A DNA stretch of 64,000 bases from Malacoraja senta (taxonomy: Eukaryota): NCBI GenBank assembly GCA_038087875.1, contig CM075991.1, forward strand, positions 14,138,001-14,202,000. Direction: 5' to 3'. Shown here piece after piece: positions 23,246-34,394 of the stretch. Position numbers and translations under genes: made by a program. The notes beneath the pieces are model-generated. The model saw only the letters and a list, made by a program, of their open reading frames with translations, was not told the DNA's origin and did not search any database. Each line of letters starts with the position of its first letter. Position 1 is the stretch's first letter.

Positions 23246-23798
23246 AGGGACAATTTACATTTACAGTTTTTGTCAATCGCTTTGACACTAGTTTCAGAAC
23301 CTTGATGTCATTTTTCACAACTCTAGATACAAAACTCAAAACGGTCACCACTTGTATCACAGGCTGTCCAACGTTCAAAACATTGCATTGTGTATTCATA
23401 TCTTTAAAGAAAGCTTGCACTCACAGAATCATTGGTTCAAACAACTCATTTATCATGAAATACCATAGGGACATTTCTTTAGATCACCCACACACAACAT
23501 ACACATAGTTTCACTGTTTAGTTGTTCGTACGACCATTAAATATTGTAGTACAAAATATGTGATACATGTTTCATCCTGTGCTCCACGTAATGTCACTGT
23601 AAAAGGATTCGTAGAGAGAATACCACAGACACAGTGGAATCATTGAACAAAGCTGAAATGTATTGATGAATACAAACTAAATGACAACATAGGTTGAATG
23701 AAAGCAACAATTACTGTAACAAAACAAAAAAAAAGTCCTGCAAAACCAACTGCCGTGTTCCTCACCTGGCTACTGTACAGTAAACAAAGGATCAACAA

Positions 23799-25739
23799 TC
23801 ACTCGTCATCCCCATCAACCCTGTCTTGTGGATTGGGCCACAGGTTCTCATCCACATCCGCGTAGATGTTTTCGTTTGCCAAACATCTTGGAAAGTACCT
23901 TCGCGCATGGCGAATCCAGGCCTGACACTGGTCTGCTGTAATGTCATCGCAGGCATTGTCCAGGGCCTGAAGAAGGGTCACTTGTTGATGCGGATGCCGA
24001 TCATACACTTTCCACCTCCATGTGGAGAAAAATTCCTCAATGGGGTTAAGGAAAGGAGAGTATGGGGGCAAGTACACAGTGAGGAACTGTGGATGGGCCT
24101 GAAACCATGCCTGCACCAGATGAGCGTGGTGGAACCTACGTTGTCCCACACAATGACATCAATTACACCAACAGCTCTACAGACTAGAGTTAGCTCATCA
24201 AGAAATGCAACAAGGAGCTCTGCATTGTATGCGCCAATCAGAGATCTACGCCCTACCACACCATCTTCTGATATCGCCACACACATACTGATGTTGGCCG
24301 CACGTCGTGCAGGTACTTGTATGGTTGCCCGCTGGCCAATTAAATTTCGCCCTCTCCTCCTTGTCTTGGCCAGGTTGAAGCCTGCCTCATCCACAAAAAC
24401 AAATTTGTGATGATTGTCATCCGCATCCAGGGCCATCACCCTCTATGTACAAAAAGACATGTTAGAAAGAGAATTACTGTACAGTATTGATTGCAGTACA
24501 ATGATGGGGAATTTTTCACAAGCAGGCATCATGAAACTGAACATACCTGAACATACTCAATCCTCAGTTGCTTCACTCTGTCTGCATTTCTTTCAAAAGG
24601 CACACGGTACAACTGTTTGAGGGACACCTGGTGCCTTTTCAGAACACGTGCAATGGTCGGCAAACTTATGGCTTCCACATTCCTGAAGAGATCTTCATCG
24701 TCCAGGATGTTCTGTCTGATTTCTCTAAGCCGAATGTCATTTCTGGCCCGGACCATGTTGACCACAGCCCGTTCCTGTTCCTCAGTGAGGAGTCTGCCTC
24801 TGCCTCCACTATTTGGTCTAGTCTCAATTCTGTAGGGAATATGACGGGAAGAATATGTCATCATACTGTAGAACACATGTTCATAGTCACATTACCTACT
24901 CTGTGCTGCACATTGGCATGCAGTGTACAATCATTTGACAATTACAGTAAGAGTAGCCTACAGTACTGTAATGTTTACTGTAGTGCATGCTGAAGACTTA
25001 CCGGTTCTCATTGCGGAAAGTTCTAATGATTGAGGCCACGGTTGATCTTCTAAGGTTTGGTTGTATCATTCTCGCTGCCTCAATCATTGTCATGCCATGA
25101 TTGATGACATGATCTACAACCATTGCTCTAATCTCATTGGAGACTCTTTGCCGTTGCTGTCTTGGTCCTTGTCCTCGACCCCGTTCCCCCACACCTCTCA
25201 AACGGGGCCCATGGCCACCTCTCAAACGGGGCCCATGGCCACCTCTCAAACGGGGCCCATGGCCACCTCTCAAACGGGGACCCATGGCCACCTCTCAAAC
25301 GGGGCCCATGGCCACCTCTCAAACGGGGCCCCATGGCCACCTCTCAAACGGGGCCCATGGCCACCTCTCAAACGGGGCCCCATGGCCACCTCTCAAACGG
25401 GGCCCATGGCCACCTCTCAAACGGGGCCCATGGCCACCTCTCAAACGGGGCCCATGGCCACCTCTCAAACGGGGCCCATGGCCACCTCTCAAACGGGGCC
25501 CATGGCCACCTCTCAAACGGGGCCCATGGCCACCTCTCAAACGGGGCCCATGGCCACCTCTCAAACGGGGCCCATGGCCACCTCTCAAACGGGGCCCCAT
25601 GGCCACCTCTCAAACGGGGCCCATGGCCACCTCTCAAAAGGGGTTCTTGTCCCCTGCCATTCCTTTGACCACGTCTTCCTCCTCTTCCTCCTCTTCCTTC
25701 TCCTACTTGACCTCTATGGTGCCCACCTGCCTGCTCCAT
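23799..25739 (-). pseudogene. Spliced DDE transposase: exons 25739-25002, 24829-24547, 24442-23799; frameshifted
   Basis: HTH-like N-terminus, FVFVDEAGFN, VWDNV and LPPYSPFLNPIEE. GT-AG introns of 172 and 104 nt restore the frame. A 1-nt deletion lies near 24138 and the repeat carries a net +1 shift. Confidence 0.88.
25192..25640. repeat. 24-bp tandem repeat (ggggcccatggccacctctcaaac), about 18 copies, coding PRLRGGHG
   Basis: Directly visible. Four units are 25 bp. Confidence 0.95.
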
Positions 25740-26439
25740 GTTGTATCACTACAGATGTTGTTGTGGATGCCACTTACACCCATACCACAAGGTCAGATCA
25801 ATCATCAGTAACGAATTGGTGTCACAGGTGGTGTCAATCATTGTCGGCATCCTGAAACTTTCATGATCTGAACATGCTCATCCTCACTTTCCATAAGACT
25901 ATGCTTTAAGAGTAATGCAACAGTTACTTGTCATTGTGAGCAGTTGAATCAATTGATAGTTAGATTATTGTAATGTAATGAATAGACAGTCATCTCAAAT
26001 GTGATGTGTGAATTGCATTTTGAAATGGTTCTACTTTGATGTTAAGTTGTGTCATTTTGAACAGGTGATTATAGTTCAATGGACAAATGATCTTTGGTTT
26101 ATGTGAATTGTATCCAAGAAATTGGAAAAAGTGTTAGAGTTTTGAAAAAAGTGCATTTTGATCATTGGTTGTGAGTTTTGTATCTGGAGTTGTGAAAAAT
26201 GACATCAAGGTTCTGAAACTAGTGTCAAAGCGATGGACAAAAACTGTATACCAAGCCAATTAACCTACAAACCTGTACGTCTTTGGAGTGTGGGACGAAA
26301 CGGAAGATCTCGGAGAAAACCCATGCGGTCACGGGGAGAACGTACAAACTCCACACAGACAGCACCTGTAGTCGGGATCGAACCTGGGTCTCTGGCGCAG
26401 TAAGACAGTAGCTCTGCCGCTGCGCCACCGTGCTGCTCA

Positions 26440-26758
26440 TAGTTTAGTTTAGGTTAGTTTATTGCAGTTTAGAGATACAGCATGGATACAGGCCCTTCGG
26501 CCCACTGAATCCATGCTGACCATCGATCACCCGTTTGCAATAGTTCTACGTTTATCCCACTTTCTCATCCACTCCGTACACACTAGGGGACAATGTACAG
26601 AAGCCAATTAACCTGCAAACCCGCACGTCTTTGGGATGTGGGAGGAAACCGGAGCACCCGTTGGAAACCCACACAGTCACGGGGAGAACGTGCAAACTCC
26701 ACACAGATAGAGCCCGGGTCTTTGGTGCTGTGAGGCAGCGGCTTTACCAGCTGTGTGG
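26440..26758 (-). mobile_element. V-SINE
   Basis: Reverse-complement SINE copy with an internal deletion. Confidence 0.8.
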
Positions 26759-26984
26759 CCCAATGTTCTTGGATGAACACTTGTCTGTATTTACCATGAG
26801 AAGGAACTAGACTCTGGAGCAGGGACCAGAGATATCCTGAAGTGTACTGACATTATAAAGAAGGTGCTGGATGTCCTGAAATGTATAAATCCCTGTCGCT
26901 TGACCATGTCTTTTTTGTAATGTTGTAGAATGCAAAGGAACAGATTGCTGTGGACCTGGCAGAGATTTTCATAACTCTGTTCAT

Positions 26985-27495
26985 AAGGGATGCGAGCAGG
27001 ATTAGGCCATTTGGTCCATCAAGTCTACTCTACCATTCCATCATGGCTATCCCTCTCAACCCCATTCTCCTGCCTTCTCCCCATAATCCTTGGCACCCGA
27101 ACTAACCAATCTTTCCCTTAAAAATATCCATTGATTTGGCCTCCCTTCTGTTGCAATGAATTCCACAGATTCACCACCTTCTGATTAAAGAAATTCCTCC
27201 TCATCTCCTTCCTAAAGGAACGTCCTTTAATTCTGAGGTATGACCTCTAGTCCTAGACTCTCCCGCTAGTGGAAACATCCTCCACATCCACTCTATCCAG
27301 GCCTTTCACTATTCGGTACGGTTCAAAGAGGTCCCCCCTCATCTTTCTAAACTCCAGCGAGTACAGGCCCAGCGCCGACAAACGCTCATCGTAAGTTAAC
27401 CCGCTTATTCCTGGGATCATTCTGGTAAACCTCCTCTGGACCCTCTCCAGCACCAGCACAAGTACCTCAGATATGGGGGCCGAAATAGCTCACAG
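26985..27495 (-). mobile_element. CR1 3' fragment
   Basis: LERVQRRFTRMIPGISGLTYDERLSALGLYSLEFR. Confidence 0.88.
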
Positions 27496-27907
27496 GTGTT
27501 TGTTAGTCACAGGTGAGGTCGCAGAAGATTGGAGGACAGTTGACGTTATTTAAGTAGAATGAGGCCAAGTAACTATTACTGGTGGGAAAGGTATTGGAGA
27601 AGATGCTGAACGACAGGATTTATTTGCATTCAGCAAGATAAAGTCTGATGAGGGATAGTCAGCATAACTTTCCCCGAAGGAGACCATATGTCATCAATTA
27701 TATTGTTATCCCAAGAGATGTTCTCAGGATGGATGATTGGTGAGGGCAGGGGCAGTAGACGTTGGCATGTGAGCAGGACCTTTGACAAGGTCCTGAATGG
27801 AAGGCTGGTCCACATGGTGAGAATACAAGGGGGTCTGGGATGAACTAGAAAATTGGATTGGTGATCCAAAATATGCTTGGTGATAGGAGGAAGAGAGTGG
27901 TTGGGGA

Positions 27908-28685
27908 GGACACAGAGTGCTGGAGCAACTCAGCGGGTTGGGCAGCATCTCTGGAGAACATGGATAGGGGACGTTTCGGGTCAGGACCATTCTTCAGGCT
28001 GATTGTGGGGCGGGGAGGGCTGGGTGGGAAGAAAGCTGGAAGAGAGGAGAGGCAAGACAAAGCATGGCAGGTAAAAGGTGGGCACAGACGAGGGAGGTTT
28101 TTCATAGGCAGATGGTTGGAACAAAGGCCAGAAATAAAAGACAGGATAGAAAAGTTGGGAGTTTAAATGTTTGTCCTCTCACCTAAACCTACCTGATCTA
28201 CCGGTTGCTAAACACTTTAACTCCCACTCCCATTCCCACACTGACCTTTCTGTCCTGGGCCTCCTCCATTGTCAGAGTGAGGTCATATGTAAATTGGAGG
28301 AACAGCACCTCATATTCGCTTGGGCAGCTTGCACCCCAGCGGTATGAACATTGACTTCTCTAACTTCAAGCAGCCCTTGCTTTCCCTCTCTCTCCAACCC
28401 TCCCCCTTCCCAGTTCTCCGACCAGTCTTACTGTCCCCCTGATTAAGTGTTACCTCTCTATGCCTCGTTGTCATCTTCCCCTGGCTAACAATGATCTATT
28501 CTACATTTTCCTTGAACTTTGTCCCCTTTGATATCTCGTTTTCACACCTTACCCTTCCTTATCTCTGTGTCTCCCTCCCCCCTGGCTCTCAGTCTGAAGA
28601 AGTGTCTCGGCCGAATGTGACCCATTCCTTCTCTCCAGAGATGCTGCCTGTCCCGCTGAGTTACTCCAGCATTTTGTGTCTATCC
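27908..28685 (+). mobile_element. Penelope-like element 3' portion with upstream inverted pLTR
   Basis: Inverted end at about 27908-28165, then PDLPVAKHFNSHSHSHTDLSVLGLLHCQSE..KLEEQHLIF..GSLHPSGMNIDFSNFK, a pyrimidine-rich UTR, a degenerate HHR and the conserved 3' end. Confidence 0.82.
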
Positions 28686-28866
28686 AAAACGTTTGGCAAC
28701 CGGGAGATCGCGTGGGCACGGTGGACAGAGATGATGTGATGCTCACTGACCCACCCCCCCCCCCCATCCTTCCGACCTCACCGTGAACATGCCCCCCACA
28801 TATTAATAAAATAGTAGAATAGATTCGTAATTAGATATCTTAGAATAATATATTAATATATTAAGT

Positions 28867-29096
28867 TGTTCAAGAAGGAACTGCAGATGCTGGAAAATCG
28901 AAGGTAGACAAAAATGCTGGAGAAACTCAGCGGGTGCGGCAGCATCTATGGAGCGAAGGAAATAGGCAACGTTTCGGGAAGGAAATAAGCAACGTTTCAG
29001 GCCGAAACCCAAGGGTTTCGGGCTGAAACGTTGCCTATTTCCTTTGTTCCATAGATGCTGCCGCACCCAGAGTTTCTCCAGGATTTTTGTCTACCT
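28867..29096. mobile_element. Penelope-derived palindrome (subfamily B)
   Basis: Inverted arms flanked by tattaatatattaa direct repeats. Confidence 0.8.
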
Positions 29097-29402
29097 ATTA
29101 ATATATTAATATTGCTGTTGCAATGGAGTGTTTGCGTGTTAGATACTGCTGTTGTAATCGTAGATTGAATCGTGACTGTGTGATCAATGGGGCATATCCT
29201 GTGGTTCCGGAAACGAGTAATTTGTTAATGGAAAAGTAACGTGGGAGAGGAAGAAGTGGCCATTAGTAAAGGAGCTTGAAGGGAATAGTACCGCCAAGTG
29301 AAAAAGTACTTAGAAGGGAAAGTCTCCTGTACCCGGAGGATGGGGTTCCTTTGCTTGAGAGATCGGGAGCAGGTTGGAGGCTGCGAACGGTCTCCAGAGC
29401 AG

Positions 29403-29805
29403 CCCACTTGGGCGACCTAACCCGCGAGTTCTGGCGAGTTTGCCCTCGACTCATACTCGCAGCATGGTCGACACGAGGTCGTAGGAGGTCTTCGTAACTC
29501 TCCTTCATGCTCGAGAGTGGTCTCCGCGTACTCGAGGCCTCAGCTAGGTCGCGGTGTTTTTTCGTTATATAAAAAAATGCCCGCGAGTAAAAAAAGGTCG
29601 CCATGGAAAAAATCGCTACGCTTTTTACTCGTAGGTTTAGTCGTAGTGGGTCGGCATGTTAGTCGTAGGTAATCGAGGGTAGTGGAAGGTAGTCGGAGAT
29701 AGTTTTCATCGTAGTCGAAGGGAGGCCGAAGGGAGGTCTTCAACATGTCATTTTTTCAAACTCTTCTAAACTCGCCAATTAGGTCGCCCTAGTGGGACAG
29801 CCCCT
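29403..29805. mobile_element. PIF/Harbinger-like MITE (left end clipped)
   Basis: Inverted termini cccacttgggcgacctaa and ttaggtcgccctagtgggacagcccc, followed by ttaa. CpG-rich non-coding interior. Confidence 0.65.
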
Positions 29806-30279
29806 TAAGAACTATAGAAAGGGCCACATCCCAGCCCCCTCAATATAGCATTATGCCTGAAACATCAATGTGCAGGAGAAGCAAGAAGCAAGTCTTTGAA
29901 GAGGAGGCTCCTTCAGTAAATTACATCGACCTGATGCCCATTACATCAGTCTTGTCTCACTCGTGCACACTCACTGCCCACCCCATCAATCCATTAGCCC
30001 AATGAACCATCAATACTCTGTCTTTCAGACAGCATCTTTCTTTAAGCTCGCTCCTTCCCCAATGTACACCCTACCCTAACTATCGATCCAAGCAGCGATC
30101 TAATCCGCGGACCTGCCTATCCAGGATGTCTGCCTGGTTATCTAACCCTGGTTATCTAACCCATGCAACATGTCGGAGTCATCCATCAATCCGGGTTAAT
30201 TTGGCGTTATGGAGCTGGCGCCTCTTGTATCTACAGTAAGTGCGATAATTATCTTCAGCATTTACACAGAGAGCTTCAA

Positions 30280-30790
30280 TGGTTCAATGGTACTTTATTT
30301 GTCATGTGTACCGAGTTACAGTGAAACTCATTGTTGTACACAGTTTAGTACAAGGATTATGATACGTACTGTACATCTTGGGTAACACTCATATACAGTA
30401 CAGATGTACAGCAGTAGTACACCGAGACAGTGTACAGACAATAGACAACAGACTAGACAATAGGTGCAGGAGTAGGCCATTCGGCCCTTCGAGCCAGCAC
30501 CGCTATTCAATGTGATCATGGCTGATCATCCCCAATCAGTACCCCGTTCCTGCCTTCTCCCCATATCCCCTGACCCCGCTATCTTTAAGAGCCCTATCTA
30601 GCTCTCTCTTGAAAGTATCCAGAGAACCGGCCTCCACCGCCCTCTGAGGCAGAGAATTCCACAGACTCACCACTCTCTGTGAGAAAAAGTGTCGCTACAT
30701 TGGCGCCATTTTCAAGTCCCAGTTGTTGTAAGTGCAGGGATCTTGACTCGGCCATGAAGGCCCGTTGCCATGGCAGCATTGCAGGGTCGT
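30280..30790 (-). mobile_element. Rex1-tailed non-coding repeat, family B, interrupted by a CR1 tail (30437-30690)
   Basis: Shares aaggcccgttg(c/t)catggc, cgagacagtg and the actttatt-gtca-gtac-tacagtgaaactc tail with 55220-55545. Confidence 0.55.
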
Positions 30791-30894
30791 CCTGGCCAAG
30801 CGTAGGCGTGGTGTCCTCTGCCGCTGCTCCACCGCTGTAGGCCACGTGCGGTCCACGCGCTCGGCCTCTTGGAGCGGCGCCCGGTCCAGCCGAG

Positions 30895-31285
30895 CCCTTT
30901 CCCGGGGTTACGTCCGTGCCCGGGTAGTACTAGAGAGGGACTACGCGCTGTCCACGGGTGCCCTGGGGGATTTCCGGGACCGCTGGACAAGGAGTGTATA
31001 GATGTTTAAGAATGTAACATTGAAGAATATTTGTTTTAGATAATTGGGTGAGTTTGTATTATGGTGGTGGGTTTGTTGGTATTGTTTTGTATTGTAGATA
31101 CTGTATTAATGCATTATTTGATTACATTTATTGTTGTTTAAAAAGAAGATTGTAACATAATTGCTTTCTACAGTATATTTGATATTTAAAGATATTTGTT
31201 TTACTTTGTATTATGGTGGTGGGTTTGTTGGTATTTTACATATTATTCTTGTAATAATCGATTAACTTTATTTTTGGTTAAAATG
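30895..31285 (+). mobile_element. Tx1-like L1-clade 3' end
   Basis: RGYVRARVVLERDYALSTGALGDFRDRW, followed by an AT-rich 3' UTR with an internal duplication. Confidence 0.65.
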
Positions 31286-31544
31286 AATAGCTCAGCGGAG
31301 GGAGATTTTTTTTCTTTATAATCCAAAATGCTTTTATTCAATTATACACAACTATAGAGCAGTAACAAAATCAAGACTGTCGTTGGCAGTTTGCTATCAA
31401 ACAGTTATCAGATTAAAAGCTGCTGTCAACTTAATTTACAATGCGCTCACCCCCCCCCCCCCTCGTTGACCAACGTTCACTGAAGGCCTCCAGAGTCCCC
31501 ATGGACACCGCATGTGTGTGCCCTGGCAATATGGCAATAAGGCA

Positions 31545-31727
31545 GTCACGGTGGCACAGTGGTAGAGTTGCTGCCTTACAGCAAAATGCAGCGCCAGAGA
31601 CCCGGGTTCGATCCCGACTGCGGGTGCTGTCTGTATGGAGTTTGTACGTTCTCCCCGTGACCTGCGTGGGTTTTTTCTGAGATCTTCGGTTTCCTCCGGC
31701 ACAGGTTTGTCGGTTAATTGGCTTGAT
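31545..31727 (+). mobile_element. V-SINE (3'-truncated)
   Basis: A box tggcacagtgg, B box ggttcgatccc and V-domain. Confidence 0.82.
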
Positions 31728-32114
31728 AACATTGTCCAGTGCTGAGTGGGCTCTATCTAGAGTTTTTCAGCGTACTAACTACATCCAGATCCAGTTCCAG
31801 ACCCTCTCCAGGGACACGCGGGCACGGACGTGGGCCCGGAAAAGGGGCAGGCAGCCAACCCCAGTGCGGCCGTCGGCTACCTGCTACCTGGACCTACGAA
31901 TGGCCATCTTGGCCAGGCCCAGGAGCAAACCGACAGGGAGATCCCCCCCCCTCTCCCTCCCGACCCTCCCCCCTTCGTACCGGGTGACCCAAGATCAGGA
32001 GCTTGGGGCTAAAATGCAGCCAGAATTTTAGGAGCAGCCCCTTCAGATATTCGTACAGGGCTGCAACCTCTCGCACTCCATGTACACGTGGAACACGCTC
32101 TCTTCCTGAGCGAG

Positions 32115-32866
32115 AAGTGGTGGCGCTGCCTTAGCAGCTGCGGCTGGCCTGCAGTCCGTCTGTTTTTTCTTTTTTTTGTTGTTCTCTTGTCCTGTTTTAG
32201 TTAATTTTCGTTTATTAGGTTGTGTATGTGTGTATGTGTGTGGGTGGGGGAAGAAACATGTTTTTGGTCTCTTCCTTCAGGGGATGCGACCTTTTCTTGT
32301 CGTATCCCCCGTCTCCGTCTCCACCTGTGCCGAGGCCTAATGGCGGAGCTGGCGGCCTCGGGGCTGCGGCTGCATTCCGGTGGCGGCAGCGGCCTGACCT
32401 CGGAGGCTCGGCCGTGGGCCTAGTGGACGACATCGTCGGGAGCTCGCAGGCCACAGGTTGGTGATCTGTTTTTCCCGGAGTTCCCGCAACAACAGCTGCG
32501 TCCACTGGACTGGAGGGAGGCAGCTTCGGCAGGTTCGACCGCCCCGGGCCGCGGAGTTTGAACCGGCTCGTTCGCGGAGCTTGGATTCAGCTGCGGGACT
32601 GACTTACTTACCATCGCCCGGTGGGGTCACAACATCCGAAGCATGGATCGCACCGGTGCAGAGGGAGAACAAGGAGGGAAGAGACAAAGACTTTAAGATT
32701 TTGCCTTCCATCACAGTGAGGAGGTGCCTGGTGAACTCACTGTGGTGGATGTTAAATTTGTGTTTATTGTGTGTTTTTGTTATTTTATTATATGTATGAC
32801 TGCAAGGCACGAAATTTCGTTCAGACCAAAAGGTCTGAATGACAATAAAGGATACTTTGACTTTGA
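32115..32866 (+). mobile_element. Family A non-coding retroposon
   Basis: ggtggcgctgccttagcagctgcggctggcctgcagtccgtc head and gtggtggatgtt...aataaa (ctttga)n tail. Confidence 0.68.
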
Positions 32867-33633
32867 GTCCGTGAATCGACTCAAATATCAGTTACACACC
32901 ACAGCTCTGTGCAACACTCTCCACCCCAGGTTCCCGCTGGAGATATCGGACAGGAGGAGCGAGGGGCCGGGCTGGGAGGGTGAACTGGGGTAATGCCTCA
33001 AGCACCTTCAAGGTCGGCTGCAGGAGGCCCCCCCCCCCCCCCCCAGGACAGAATGAGGGCCGGGCGAGTAGAGGAGAGGGACGTCGGTTCACGGGCCGAT
33101 CCGGTCGAGGGCGACGGAGGAAGGCCCTGCAAGAGCCTGGGGCTCGCCTGGATTGGGAACCGCTCCAGTAGACCCAGCGCCCGGGCCGACTGGACTTTGG
33201 ATGTTGGAAACCACGCCAAAACATGTCGGTGCCCGCGTGTGTAAATATTCAAAAGGAATCTCATTGTACAGTTGCACATGTGACAAATAACGAACCATTG
33301 AAGCATTGAACCTTTGCAAACCGTGGTTACATAGACAATAGGGCCCACCTCCTGCCTCAGCTGTGTGGCTTCAGTGTCTAATCAAAATGGGCGGTGAGCA
33401 TAAATCACTTTTATCCTAATTGCATGCATTAAACTCCACTCATTCACCAATAAATGACCATCGTGTGGAATCAAGAATAGATGGGGTCAAGGGAGGTGTT
33501 AGCATGACATCAAATGCTAATTATCCCACGGCTACATTGATAAAGAACCTGAGAATGTTTCCAGCTTCAACTGGTAATAACGTTTACAACATGGGGAAGA
33601 TTAAAGGTTGAGGCAAGGGCATTTACAGCACCT

Positions 33634-34390
<757 letters not shown>

Positions 34391-34394
34391 ATAG

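Larger units (their letters stand above)
23264..26246 (-). mobile_element. Full-length IS630/Tc1-mariner superfamily DNA transposon (IS630-like, DD35E)
   Basis: TIRs of about 75-79 bp (cagtttttgtc[a/c]atcgctttgacactagtttcagaacc...) with 2-3 mismatches. TA TSD at 23262-23263 and 26247-26248. Internal transposase. Confidence 0.93.
22560..26435 (-). mobile_element. V-SINE split by a DNA transposon (pieces 22560-23263 and 26247-26435)
   Basis: ctagggacaatttacattTA|...|TAtaccaagccaattaacc rejoins to the SINE consensus seen elsewhere in the window. Confidence 0.88.
22335..27900 (+). mobile_element. Ancient CR1 ORF2 broken into pieces (about 22335-22558, 26770-26980, 27500-27900)
   Basis: Collinear degenerate motifs KENPKR..KYI, SVFT.., TGEVAEDWRT and FDKVL.GRLV, separated by younger inserts. 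Confidence 0.6.
31307..32960 (-). mobile_element. Tx1-like L1-clade ORF2 3' fragment, interrupted by a SINE and a family A copy
   Basis: GNLGWRVLHRAVVCN..SRFTDS / QEESVFHVYMECERLQP..KGLLLKFWLHFSP..LLLGLAKMAI..CLPLFRAHVRARVSLE, with an A-rich tail near 31307. Confidence 0.72.

Noticed and set aside
25192..25640. CRISPR-like array (also 42410-43175)
   Set aside because: Head-to-tail tandem repeats with no unique spacers and no cas genes, in a vertebrate context.
23264..26246. Bacterial IS630 contamination
   Set aside because: It has spliceosomal GT-AG introns and is inserted at a TA inside a host SINE with continuous flanks.
28867..29096. PLE palindromes as DNA-transposon MITEs
   Set aside because: TSD lengths vary, arms are unequal, and the same sequence is the 3' UTR of GIY-YIG-coding fragments.
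29853..30005. 50-codon ATG ORF (MPETSMCRRSKKQVFEEE...)
   Set aside because: Short, with no homology I recognise and weak splice or promoter context. Compatible with chance.
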